Assembly: GCF_001194135.2 (NCBI RefSeq) | Contig: NC_068999.1 | Location: forward strand, 47,101,197-47,165,196 | Direction: 5' to 3' | DNA from: Octopus bimaculoides | Taxonomy: Eukaryota | Length of the DNA stretch: 64,000 bases | Part shown: positions 24,421 through 37,439 of the stretch, piece by piece | Numbering within the stretch: the stretch's first letter is position 1 | How the letters are laid out: every line of letters begins with the position of its first letter | Made by a program: the position numbers and the translations under genes | The notes under the pieces: model-generated | What the model saw: the letters and a program-made list of their open reading frames with translations, nothing else | Told to the model about the DNA's origin: nothing | Database searches by the model: none

Positions 24421-26842
24421 ATATCAAAACCTGTTTTATGAAATTATGGTAACTCACTGTCGTCATTTTATCGCAATTTATTTTCCCTTTGTTTCACGGC
24501 GATAGACCTCATGTTAACCAAATGCAATTATATAGGTTATCTTTCTGTACCTTGTGTACATGGATCTAGTTCACAATTTTCAACGTGACACTGTATTCAT
24601 ACACCACTAAATGTCACTCATTTTTTGCAATTAATCGTCAAAAGATAAATGCTATTACCTTTCATTGAACTTTACAGGGATGGGCAGCTCCTTTTTTTTT
24701 TTCGAAAATCGGGTCACATGAGACATGACATATCATCTAGTGTACTACACTATTCACAAAAACTTCGAGGTAACTTTTCGTTTGACGTGCCATTGAAAAA
24801 GTCACGCAGACCGCAGTTTGCCCATGGCTATATTAGAACCTCTAACTTCAATAGCAAAATTTAGCATTTTCCTTCTTATTTTTAACCTGTCCTGATATTT
24901 TCAAACATTTAAATATTTAATGTTTGTTGTTAACAGCATACTCCAACTTCTGTCGGTAATTGGTTACAAGAAATGCGACTTAACTCGAAGAACGACGTAA
25001 CACGAAAAATCATTTTAAAACAATTATCACTAGATTGTACATATTTTCACATGTATTTCATTTAGTTTTTCCATTTCAGCATTGGGTTTTTTTGGGGTAT
25101 TTTCTTTTTTAAATGCTTATGCTTTTAAATATGTTCGCAGAGACTGACGTAAATCGACTGAAGTTCAGGTTAATTTCGTAAAGAAAAGAAACGATACGAC
25201 ATAAAGTCGAAAAAGGCGTAACAAGAAACTTGGTAAATTGAGGTATGTCTGCACTTTATTTGAGATTTTAACTGCCAATTAAATACTCCTAGTTGCTTAA
25301 TTCGAATTATTTTGTTTTGTAAGTTATAATTTAACATTTATGGTGAGTGATGAAATTATTTCTAATTCATTTAAGTAAGAATATAACTAATCCTTACTTA
25401 ACGTAGACATTTATTAATTAATGTCCGCAGTTGTTGTTGTTGTTGTCGTTGTCGCTGTAATCATCGTCGTCATCACTGATGTTCCTACCATAACCTTGTA
25501 GTCTTAGATGAAACACGAGGACAAGTCTACTGTATTTAGTACAACGAAAGATAAAAATAAATAAATGAATATATTGTCATTTTACATTGTTGCAACAAAT
25601 TTCTAACTAGAACACGAATGTTATCTGTTAACAGCTAAATTCCCAGTAAACAGCCTACTTTTTAATAAAGATAATAAAACATACATCAGACGTTTATTTC
25701 AAATCATTTATGCAACATAAAGCTTCAATATGTCTTTAACACCTACTTAGAATTGCTTATGTATACGGAGATCAAATAGCAGAAAAGGAACAAAGAAAAT
25801 GTCTTGTAAACGAAAGCAAATGGTACCTAGATGCTTGTAGTTCAGTTGTATTAAAATATGTTCTATTATAACATAATACGGTAAATTTGATCATGGTTTT
25901 ATAAAATAAATGTCATGCTCAGATGACAAAATATACCGTTTGTAAATAGTGTGAAATAATTTGGAATGTGTGAAAAGGGTAAAAATTATCTTGTCTAAAA
26001 TAACAAATGTTGAACTTTATACAGTAAAACGAGGGATAGAATTTCGATGTAAACAGATCAAGAAATAAGTATATGCAACAACTTTCTGGCTGGACTTGAT
26101 GCTACTCACTCAGTCAGCTGTTTTTCTAATATAAGTGAGTGATTATTTTAGTCTAACTGCTGTTACTGTCAACCAAAAGCCTTGGTTTAGTTCTGTGTTA
26201 ATACGTCTAATATATTACGTGTTTGTACACAATGGGTTAATATACGTAAAATATTATAAATATTGTTATAATACTCTTTCAAAAGCCAGCAATTTCGGGA
26301 AGGAGATAAGTCGATAAAATCGACCTCAGTATTCAGCTGATATTTATTTTATCGATCCCTGAAAAGTTGAAGGACAAAAATCGACCTCGTCGGAATTTGA
26401 ACTCAAAACGGAATGTCGGAAGAAATGCCGTCAAGCAGCTAGTCTGGTATACTAACGGTTCTGCCAACTCACCACCTTAAACATTGTTATAATACAAGCA
26501 TTAAAAAATCTGTTTGTGCGTCCTGAGATTTTTGCGAAATATTATAGCAATAAAATGTTTCCAATAATGTACAAGCCCCTTTGCTTAAAATAAGTTTCAA
26601 TACATTTCTCGGACCTGGAGACTTCAAAATAGAAGAATTTTTTTTTTTTTGTCCTTTATCAACGTGGAAAATAAATTTTTCTCCATCGGTAGACGATAGA
26701 CGAAAGAAAATAACGCCAGTACTGGAAGAAACACTTAGACATCTTTACGAAAACACGCAAAAACTTAAACACGCAAAAACTTAAACACATAGACAAGACA
26801 AGGGCATTCCGATGCACAAGCACACAGAGAAGTTTTTAAAAG

Positions 26843-26876
<34 letters not shown>

Positions 26877-27366
26877 GTGTTTTTTTCATCTGCTGCAATA
26901 TAAGTAACAAACTCGAACTTTTTCAAAGTATTTTTGCAGAGTTAAGATAATTTTCATAAACCGAATTGGTTACCAAGTCCTTTATCATACCAGTTTTTAA
27001 CGTCATTGGATTATCAGATAAATTCGGTCGTTTTTTGTTTTTTTCTTTAGTTTATTTTAATATTTTCCTTTGTTATTTGAATTAACAAGAAAAATATTTC
27101 TATCGAAGTGTTTTATTTATCTATTTTTTTGTAGCTCTATTTTTTCCTCTCCAACTTTTGTTTATCGCTTTTGAGATTTCAATAAAATTTCACCTTTTTC
27201 AGACAAATCGCAATGAAGCGCCATGTAAGAGAGAGAAAGAAAAAAAACTGCGAACGGATTTATCTGACGACCTGATACATTGTAAAATACTACAAATAGA
27301 TTGTTTTGTTTGCTTGATTCAAACCTTAAATAAACTAACACCAGACGTCAAGCAGTGATAGGGACA

Positions 27367-27398
<32 letters not shown>

Positions 27399-27899
27399 AC
27401 AAATGCCACAAAAGTAGAAACCATTATTATCCAAGCTTAATAAGATTGTGCATGAAGTCAATCAAGTAATATCAATATATCTAATCACCATAAACCATGA
27501 ACCTCCCAAAACGTGTTCAACCTTATGAGAATGAAGAACAACTCAGAATATCGAGGCCCCAAAATATAGAAGATTCACAAAGAAGCATATCAAACATACA
27601 TTCCCATCTTCAGCTGCCTAACAGATATCACTATTGTTTCGACACTAGGGCAGTATCATTCGATCTGGCAGTGTCAACAGCGTTTAATACATAAACGCTG
27701 CTTGGGAATCAGTAACCAAACAGCAGGAGCGAAATATTCTCGTGATATACCCTGCTTCATCAACACCTGCTTCATATCATAGGTAACAACATCAAATAGA
27801 AACGAAATATATAACTATCAAGCTAGAAATTATGGGGGAAAGAACAATATCTATAAAACGAGGAAACCCGAAAGAAAATGATTTAATACTTGATTTCAT

Positions 27900-28160
27900 T
27901 CAGGCAGCGAAATGAGAGAATCGTCAGCACGTCGGGCAAAATGCTTAGCCGCATTTCGTCCGTGTATACGTCACGGGTTCAAATGCCGCCGGGGTCGACT
28001 TTACTTTTCCTCCTTTTTTTATGTTCTGAGTTGAAATTCCGCCGAGGTCGACTCTGACTTTCTATCCTTTAGGAATCGATAAAATAAGTATCTACTGAAT
28101 TCTGGAGGTCGATGTAATCGACTTACTTCCTCCACCGAAATGGCTGACCTTACGTAAAAA
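27900..28160 (+). mobile_element. tRNA-derived SINE (octopus OK-like), representative copy
   Basis: Consensus gaatcgttagcacg..gcttagc..gttcaaattccgccgaggtcgactttgcctttcatcctttcggggtcgataaaataagtacc. Further copies at about 20160-20580, 26290-26480 (-), 36165-36240, 40490-41105, 45530-46130, 47435-47650 and 50365-51075. Family name tentative. Confidence 0.75.
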
Positions 28161-28209
28161 ATTTCATTCGTGCACACACATACACGAACAATATTTTTCT
28201 CCCCCCCCC

Positions 28210-28244
<35 letters not shown>

Positions 28245-28849
28245 TTTACGCACGAGTTTTATACTAAAAGATTTCTATGGGAAAGTTCATGGACGTAAAC
28301 TGCATATTCGATTGTTCACACTCTGCAATACTCTCTGTGTGTGTGTGTAAGTATTCTCATGTTGTTTTCAACAGATGTACCACATTCTGTCATTTACTAT
28401 AGCTGTCGTTACTTCTGCTGCCAAGCTTAAACTAGTTATATTATATTAACCAAACAAAAAGAGAGAAAGAATATGAGAAAAGGAGTGAAACGAAATAGTC
28501 ACACACAGTTTTTAAAATAGATTAAAGCGCAAAAAATGCGAGAGAAATAAATGTTTCAACTACTGCCCTGAGAGGCGTTCATTTGTTCGACGTAATTCGC
28601 GGCGTGGATCTGTTCACAGGCGTTTGGTGACAAAACAACACAAGAGGCCTACATGTATCTCTCTAGTCTTTGTGATAGACTTTGACACCAGAGATCTTCA
28701 GCCACTGAACCGCGGAGCAACATCGGGCCGCACATAATGAATAAATTTTAAAATTTCATTTCTATTTTATCGATTGTCGCAGCCTGCTCGGTGTTTTTGC
28801 ATTATATATGAATTATATACGTAATATATATGTATTATATGCATTTTAT

Positions 28850-29056
28850 ATCTTTTACTTGTTTCGGTCATCAAACTGCGGCCAGGCTGGAGCACCGCCT
28901 TGAAGAATTTTTAGTCGAATGAATTGATACCGGTCCTTTTCTTTTAAAGTCTGGCACTTACTCTATTGGTCATTATCCCGAACCTCTAAGCTACAGGGAC
29001 GTAAACACACCAACACCAGCTGTCAAACAGTGTTAGAGGACAAGCACTCACACTCA

Positions 29057-29096
<40 letters not shown>

Positions 29097-29316
29097 AAAG
29101 GTAAAAGACACAACTAACGGAAATCGTCAAATACGACGGGCTTCTTTCAGTTTCCGTCTACCAAATCCACTTTGGTCGCCCCGAGGCTATAGTAGAAGAT
29201 ACTTGTCCAAGACGCTTGTCCAAGGTGCCACGCAGTGGTACTGAACCTGGAACCATGTGGTTGGGAAGCAAGCGTCTTATCACGCAGCCACATCTGCGCC
29301 TATCTATCTACCTACC

Positions 29317-29358
<42 letters not shown>

Positions 29359-29620
29359 CTATGTATATATGTATGTGTGTGTGTGTGTGTGCATGTTTGT
29401 GTGTTTGTGTTTGTCCTCCACCCCACCATCGCTTGACAACCGATGGTGGTGTGTTTACGTCCCCATAACATTAGCGGTTCAGCAAAAGAGACCGATAAAA
29501 TAAGTACTAGGCTTCCAAAGAATAAGTCCTGGGGTCAATTTGCTCGACTAAAAAAGGCGGTGCTCCAGCATGGCCGCAGTCAAATGACTGAAACAAGTAA
29601 AAGAGAAAGAGAAGGTATGA
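28850..29620. mobile_element. Back-to-back CORE-type SINE pieces with microsatellites
   Basis: Minus-strand copy at about 28850-29300 and plus-strand distal part at about 29390-29615. Confidence 0.7.
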
Positions 29621-31689
29621 TACGTATAGGTGCCTGCTGCCAACATAGTGTAATGAGGGTGTACTTTGTGATATTTCTATGAAATTTTGGGTTGTCTCTG
29701 TCTACTTGCACTTTTTAGGACAAATTCATTTTCATATTTCTATGACCCTGAACTGCATGTTAACCATGAAAAACGTGATTCAATGTGAAGAGGTTATTCT
29801 AAATAAATCTCATGTCATATAGACTGTGATATATTTAATTACGGTGATTCGTTACTTGACTCTTAAGCTTGCCGTGTTGTTGATTCCCATCATCTATTTG
29901 GACGTGATTTCGAATGAAAGAAACTCTTTTACGATTTCCGTTTGACTCTGACTGGTGTTTCAGTTCACGGTCTCATAAATTTCTTTCTCAAATTTCTTTG
30001 GATTCAAAATACTCAATTTGTAAACTACATTTAAAAAATGCTTGCACTAATTTTTATCTGTGCATTTATAACAGAACCTAAGTGCGCTAAACAGAATTTA
30101 ACTATAAATTTCTTTAAGTATGGGCAACCTTTTTCGATAAGCGGGCCGCAGTTTCCCTATGAATATTATAAACATTCCTTCATCGAAGAGCTGCTAAGCC
30201 TTTTGCTCGTTGTGTTGACGATTCTCTGTGTATGCATATATANNNNNNNNNNNNNNNNNNNNNNNNNNNNNNNNNNNNNNNNNNNNNNNNNNNNNNNNNN
30301 NNNNNNNNNNNNNNNNNNNNNNNNNNNNNNNNNNNNNNNNNNNNNNNNNNNNNNNNNNNNNNNNNNNNNNNNNNNNNNNNNNNNNNNNNNNNNNNNNNNN
30401 NNNNNNNNNNNNNNNNNNNNNNNNNNNNNNNNNNNNNNNNNNNNNNNNNNNNNNNNNNNNNNNNNNNNNNNNNNNNNNNNNNNNNNNNNNNNNNNNNNNN
30501 NNNNNNNNNNNNNNNNNNNNNNNNNNNNNNNNNNNNNNNNNNNNNNNNNNNNNNNNNNNNNNNNNNNNNNNNNNNNNNNNNNNNNNNNNNNNNNNNNNNN
30601 NNNNNNNNNNNNNNNNNNNNNNNNNNNNNNNNNNNNNNNNNNNNNNNNNNNNNNNNNNNNNNNNNNNNNNNNNNNNNNNNNNNNNNNNNNNNNNNNNNNN
30701 NNTATATACATATATATATATACAGCGGGCTTCCACTCACTTTCCGTCTAGCGAATTCATCTACAAAGCATCAGTCAGTCCGGAGCTATAGTAGAAGACA
30801 CTTGCCCAAGATGCCGCGTAATGGGACTGAAGCTGAAATCATATCGTTTCAAAGCGAGCTTCTTAAACACCTATTCATACCTGAACCTCTATAACTCGTT
30901 CCCTTGCGTATCTGTTATATTTTGCGAAGATAAAGTGAACCAATATGCAGCTATCAATGATTGAGTCAACGTTTATTTCATATTAGTTAGTCACTTGGAT
31001 AAGGATCTAACTTGATAAGGACTGTATCAGATTATTTTACTTGTCACAACCGGAAAACTTTGCATTTTGATCATTCAGGGATATTGATCTAGTCGGGGTA
31101 TTATTTTAGGAAACAACTTAATAATTATTCAACCTTCAATTGCCTTCATTTGTTCTTCGAGAGTCTAAACCTTGCCAGTCGCAATGACAATCTAATATCC
31201 TTCTCTGTTTCCCTAAACAAAAACTGCATTTAAAATAGGGTTTACACATTCTATTTTTTCTATATTTTTCCTTTCCGCTGTTATGAGACCAACAGAAATG
31301 GAATCCGCCAAAGAAGTTATGAGGAAACAAAGTCGATATGTATGAATTATCTGAAACTCCTTCAAACCCTACCCAACAAATTTTTCACAACAAATTCCAA
31401 TGTAACTGGAATTTACACCATCTGAAATATATTTGTAGAAAATTTTCTTAAAAATATCAATTTTTTTTTATAGTTATGAGAAAACAAAGTCGACGAAGAA
31501 TCATATTTGTGTATATCTGTGGAATGGTTCGGAAGATCCCAAAAGTATTGGCAATTTTCGTTTTTTTAAATTATACTCAAACATTAAAAAAAACATGAAA
31601 AAGTAACTCATAACGAAACAGAGATCTTTTTCCATACATCCGTTTTCTCAGCCCACTATTTCGTGTGTTGGGATAGAGTTCTGATGCAC

Positions 31690-31960
31690 CTCTGTAGGGT
31701 CTTGTCAAAAGTGACCATCATTATACTTTCTGGCTGGATACCCAAGCATGAACAACTGAGACTATGGATATTAACTAACCGTCTCTTTCTTTGGTCTACC
31801 GCTGGGTCTTCTGCCGTTTGGCTCGGCGTAAAGAACCCGTCTTGCGATTTTTTCCTTCGGCATTCTAATCACATGTCCGTAATACTGGAGCTGTGACCCC
31901 TCATCGCGGAGAAGTTGTGACTCGGTCTGAAGAGATTCCCCGATCCTCGAGTTGCTTCGG
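31690..31960 (-). pseudogene. RTE-like LINE ORF C-terminal relic (different subfamily)
   Basis: Minus strand, one frameshift: QLQYYGHVIRMPKE / IARRVLYAEPNGRRPSGRPKK. Confidence 0.65.
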
Positions 31961-32604
31961 GTGTTGATGGTAAGCTTTCCGTATTTTGAAGTAATTTCAC
32001 ATTTTTTTGTGATTTAGGGAGTGAATTCTCTACAGATGGAATAAAAATCCAGGTATTTTCAACTTGTAAGTGTAGTTCTAATGCATTAACAATGTTTGAT
32101 AAAGGAAATGCCAATCCAATCTATCTAATCCACATGTTTCTATAATACTTTCACTCTCTTCCACCTCGCTCAGCATAACCTCTGTTTTCTTCTTCCATTT
32201 TTTTTATGTATCTCATCATTTTAACTCTCTAATTTCCCCTTTCTATTTCCGAGCCCTATATTTCTTCCTTCCACCTCTTCTCTCTTAATCATGCTAACTT
32301 TCTTCACTCACTCTTTCTTCCATCTCTCTCTACATTTCTACATTTCACGGTCTGCTCGCATGACTGTCTCTCGTTTGTTGGCAGGTTGCAGCCTATTTCT
32401 CTCTGTTTCTGTCTGTCTGTCTGTATGCTTGTCTTTCTCTGTCTCTGTCTTTGTCTCTCCCTCCGACTATATCAATTTCTCAGTTTTCTGTTTGCCAATA
32501 TAATATTATTCCCTTTGCAATTCTTCCCTTCTCTGTCAGCTCTCTTAGCACAGCCGCTGCTCATTTCCTCGTTTCTAAATTGTGACACAAATAAGGAAAC
32601 CGGC

Positions 32605-32613
32605 ACACACACA

Positions 32614-32680
<67 letters not shown>

Positions 32681-33105
32681 ACAAAAAGACACACAACATG
32701 GCCTTTTATATCATATGAAGCTAATTACGGAAAAGGTGTATGTGTGTGTGAGGGGTGCGATAGAATCAATCGAATTGCGAAGTGAAAACTGCTCCAGTGA
32801 CTGACATGTCGTTGCAACGTATATATAACCATTACTCGAAAAAACATCGATTTTCGTCGGCGGTAGGCGGTGTTGGTGATGCGATTGGTAGTAGTTGTCA
32901 TGGTGATGGTGGTGGTGGTGGTGGTGACGGTGGTGGTGGTGGTGGTGACGGTGACTGAAATACTCCGATGCTGCAATGCTGTAATATGTAATTGATTGTT
33001 TAGAGCAGGTGTATTGAGTATCAACGTGGATTATGACAACTGGATTTAATCTTCTTCGGCTTTAAAAATATCTTTAAACTGCGCTCTTGTTACGTGAGCA
33101 AGTGC

Positions 33106-33146
<41 letters not shown>

Positions 33147-33302
33147 TGTGCGTGTGTGCATACGTGTGTAGGGGAGATTCTAAATATCATCACCACTACC
33201 ATTAACACTACCATTAACACAACCACCGTCATCATCATTATTATCATCACCATCATCATCATTATATTCGCCGCCGCCACCACCAGTACCACTAACGGCA
33301 CT

Positions 33303-33342
<40 letters not shown>

Positions 33343-33488
33343 CTATTATCATCATGACCACCTCCACCAGCACTATCATCGTCATCACCATCACCACCAT
33401 ATTCACCACCACCGCCCTATTCACCATCACCACTGACATCGTCTCCACCAACCACAATCACCACCACCACCACCACCACCACCACCAC
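32605..33488. repeat. Compound simple-repeat block: (CA)n, (GGT)n, (TG)n, (CAT/CAC)n
   Basis: Seen directly; explains the poly-H/T/I/M ORFs in the track. Confidence 0.9.
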
Positions 33489-34079
33489 NNNNNNNNNNNN
33501 NNNNNNNNNNNNNNNNNNNNNNNNNNNNNNNNNNNNNNNNNNNNNNNNNNNNNNNNNNNNNNNNNNNNNNNNNNNNNNNNNNNNNNNNNNNNNNNNNNNN
33601 NNNNNNNNNNNNNNNNNNNNNNNNNNNNNNNNNNNNNNNNNNNNNNNNNNNNNNCCCCCCCCCCCACTTCCACATCATTTCATTGCTCTATTTGACAATG
33701 TCGCATCGAGGCTTTGGACATCCAGACCAGGTCCCCAGTCGATGGATAAACTCGTTAATGTCACCTCTTTTCCCGCCAGCTTAAAGACCTGGTAAAAAAA
33801 ATGTCATAGGCACCACCCGGTCTCCATTACAGAGTAATACAAGAACACGCCTGCATCCATCCTCCACCTTATCAAAATTCTTCGAAACCGTTGTCTTTCA
33901 CGGATTTTGGTGTTTTATTACTTCCGCCTTCGCGAAGGCGGAAGTATTGTTTTCAGTTGTGTTTGTTTGTTTGTCCATGGACAAGATATCTCAAGAACCG
34001 CTGGATGGATTTGGATGAAACTTTCAGGAATGTTTGGCCACGTGACAGGCACGAACTGATTAGATTTTGGGGGAGGGGG

Positions 34080-34395
34080 GCCAGTCGATTAGATCGACCC
34101 CAGTACGCAACTGGTACTTAATTTATCGATCCTAGTACGCAACTGGTACTTAATTTATCGCCCTCAGTATGCAACTGGTACTTAATTTACCGACCCCAGT
34201 ACGCAACTGGTACTTAATTTATCGACCCCAGTACGCAACTGGTACTTAATTTATCAACCCAGTACGCAACTGGTACTTAATTTATCGACCCCAGTACGCA
34301 ACTGGTACTTAACTTATCGACCCCGAAAGGATGAAAGGCAAAGTCGACCTCGGTGGAATTTGAACTCAGAACGTAAAGACAGATGAAATCTACTT
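34080..34395 (-). mobile_element. OK-like SINE with 7 tandem copies of a 32-bp internal unit
   Basis: Unit atcgaccccagtacgcaactggtacttaattt x7 (34093-34315; one copy is 31 bp), continuing into normal SINE sequence gaaaggatgaaaggcaaagtcgacctcgg. Confidence 0.9.
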
Positions 34396-34645
34396 CGCAG
34401 ATTTTCACCTATCGCAGGGGTTTTTGGGACGTAACACCGGCGATAGTCGATGGGTACTGTACTGGTGTGACAAATCACAAAAATACATGTAAAAACATGT
34501 ACAAACCATTTATTAAAGGAAATGGAAACTAATAGATATTTTAAATGTCTTTTTCGCATTTGGTCGTTTTCGCATTTGGTCGTTTTCGAATTAAGTCGCA
34601 TCTTTTGGAATTTATTAGCGACGTATGCTGAGGTATTCCTGTATA

Positions 34646-35141
34646 CGATGGGTGCTGAAAAGTTCTTGACATTGAGGATGTCGCGAAATGCCCGGTTGGA
34701 GGCCCAACCTTCCGAGCTCTTTCATAGGGCTGGAAAAACGAAAAAACCGCTGCAATAAGTGTATGAATCTGAGAGGGGAGTATGCTGAATAAAATCTTAA
34801 TTAACTGATTTTTCTGTATATTCTTTTACTCAAAACCAGGAACTTTTCAACACCCCCACGTGTATTTATGTATGTATGTATGTATGTATGTATGTATGTA
34901 TAGATAGATAGATAGATAGATATGTACTAGGGGTACTGAAATGTTCCTGGCTCTAAGGGTGTCACGAAAGGCCTGGCTGGAGGCCCAACCTTCCGAGCTC
35001 TTTTATAGGGATTGGAAAAGCGGAAGGACAGCTGCACTAAGTGTGTCAAGCTGAGAGGAGAATATGTTGGGTAAAATCATTATTTAACTGATCATCCTGT
35101 ATTTATTTTACCCAAAGCCAGTAACTTTTCAGCACTCCTAA
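34646..35141 (+). mobile_element. Two adjacent ~215-bp mariner-derived MITEs
   Basis: TIRs of type cgatgggtgctgaaaagttc / gaacttttcaacaccc after TA; the internal part matches the mariner C-terminus (EKLKDRCNKCVNLRGEYVE*-like). A third copy is at about 60691-60905. Confidence 0.75.
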
Positions 35142-36270
35142 GTCAACTAATTAGAATAGGCTACAACCAATGTCGCTATTGGTTAGCAGATGGCGAGTAT
35201 CGGCTGTCAGTTGGTCTAAACGACAAACCGATTTATCATCCAATCACTAGCCACAAAAACACTTCACTGTTGCGCTGAACAAAACCACCTAATTGTTATT
35301 TGATCCCTTCATGGGGTCCAAGGTACACTTAACCACCATTACCCGTGACAACATACCAGAAATAACAATAGGTTCGTAAGCTTGCAGTTCTACGTTCGAA
35401 TCCTTCCACTTGACTTAAATAGGGAGAAGTGCTTATCAACAGCTTATTTAGCATTTTAAGAATCTGACCTAATCACCATTACTTCTAAGATACATTCCGT
35501 TCTGGAAGAGGATAAAAAGATAAAAAAAAGATTAATTCACAAACAGCATTCTTAACATCTATTGCATATAATCCCCTCCAAAAAAACGTTTACATAACAA
35601 CTGCCAGGTCAGCCATTGATCCAGAGCATACACGTAAGTAGAGGTGAAGGCATTAAATTGCTATATGTCAGCTCGCCTCCTACGTATCTATAAATGTATA
35701 TATGGGTGTAATTAATATTCCTTTTTACTATAGGGTACACAATACCTGAAATTTTGGGAAGATCAATTCACTAACAACTTTCTTAACATGTGTTGCATAA
35801 AATCGAAAAAAAATAGTGTGGCTGTGTGATAAAAAGCTTGCTTCTCAATTACATGGTTTGTGGGGTTCAGTCCAAGGCGTGGTACATTGGGCGAGTGTCT
35901 TTCACTATTGCCTTGGGAGGACCAAAGTTTTGTGCGCACACACACACACACACACACACACATACAAACATGCACACACAAACATGCTGCACATGCACGC
36001 ATTTGAGCGCACAAAACACGTCGCATACAAATATCTAAACAATCGTGCATAGATATGAGATGTATTCCAGAAGTTTTGAGACTTTTTTAGGAGTAGTTTT
36101 AACTGTTCTAGATTATTGGTAAATTTAGTTATGTCATTACTATACATCTATCAAGCTGACCGGCAAACTTTCGAACTGGCAGAATCGTTAGCACTTCGTC
36201 TGTCTTTATGTTCTGAGTTCAAATTCCGCCGAGGTCGATAACAAAGGAGAAAGAAGCAGAGATGAGGGTA

Positions 36271-36321
36271 GCATTTACGATCGTTTCGATTTACTGGTTT
36301 AAGTAAATCTCTTCAGTATGC
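36271..36321 (-). ncRNA. Minimal type I hammerhead ribozyme (Penelope-associated type)
   Basis: Minus strand: GCAUA-CUGAAGA-GAUUUAC(UUAAACCA)GUAAAUC-GAA-AC(GAUC)GU-A-AAUGC. Intact CUGAnGA and GAAA core, 7-bp stem II, palindromic stem III ACGAUCGU, GUA cleavage triplet; A.A mismatch at the first pair of stem I. Confidence 0.75.
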
Positions 36322-36602
36322 GAATATAGATAGATGCATCGGTTAGGATGCGAAAATAATTGATAGACATTTGATGGTAATGTAAACAAATTGGTAATTC
36401 TTACATTGAATTTTTGTTTTTGCGCTGGTAAATTCGCTGGGTAGAGGTTTGCTTGTGGTAGACTGGTTAGTTTCGTTGAGTAATTAGGGCAGGGTGAGTA
36501 TTATTTAGGTGCGGGTTTCCTTGTTTAGTTAAGCACATTCTTTTCGCACGTGTGTATTCCATATATATATTTATATTCCATATAAATATACATATATATC
36601 TG

Positions 36603-36693
<91 letters not shown>

Positions 36694-37385
36694 CGTATGC
36701 GTATATCGACGCATGTCATGGGATCGACACTGTCAATATATAGGTTTTTGGATCCTAAATTTATTTCCTTACAACAATTTCTTTATCCGTCAAAGGTTTC
36801 AAAGACTGCAGTGTTGACGTTGACGGCTTCCTGAAAGATAGAGAGAGAGAGAGAAGGGGGAAGAGAGAGGGGGACAGACAGATAGACAGATAGACAGACA
36901 GACGGACAGACAGAACTTTCTCACTGATTTTTATTCTCCGACATCAGGTTGTCTACAAACAATTTTAAAACTGTTTCATTTTTTATCTGCTACAATCTAC
37001 GCCTACCTTATGATAGCTTCACATACTCAAGCTGTTTGATTCCTCTCGATTCTAATGACATTTTTTTGTTTTAAAGTTAACTTTTTTCTGCTTTTTTTTA
37101 TTTTTTTTTTAGAGAAATTAATAATTCCATTCTTTTTTTTTTTTTTCTTTTACTTGTTTCAGTCACTGGACTGCGGTCATGCTGGGGCACCGCCTCGAAA
37201 GGGTTTAGTCGGACAAACTGCTTCTAGTACTTAATTTTTTTTCTAAAGTCTGGTACTTATTCTATCTGTCTCTCTTTGCCGAATCGCTAAGTTACGGAGA
37301 CGTAAAGAAACAAATACTGGTCATCAAGCGGTAGTGGGACGAAGAGAAATACACATAGGTATGTATATACATAAGCGTAAGTGTA

Positions 37386-37416
<31 letters not shown>

Positions 37417-37439
37417 ATGTATGTATACAAATATAAAAT

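Noticed and set aside
34093-34315. CRISPR-like array
   Set aside because: Units are contiguous with no unique spacers, derive from a SINE interior, and there are no cas genes. The DNA is eukaryotic.
35160-35260. Promoter suggested by three CCAAT boxes
   Set aside because: Short motifs with no linked exon or TSS evidence; expected by chance.
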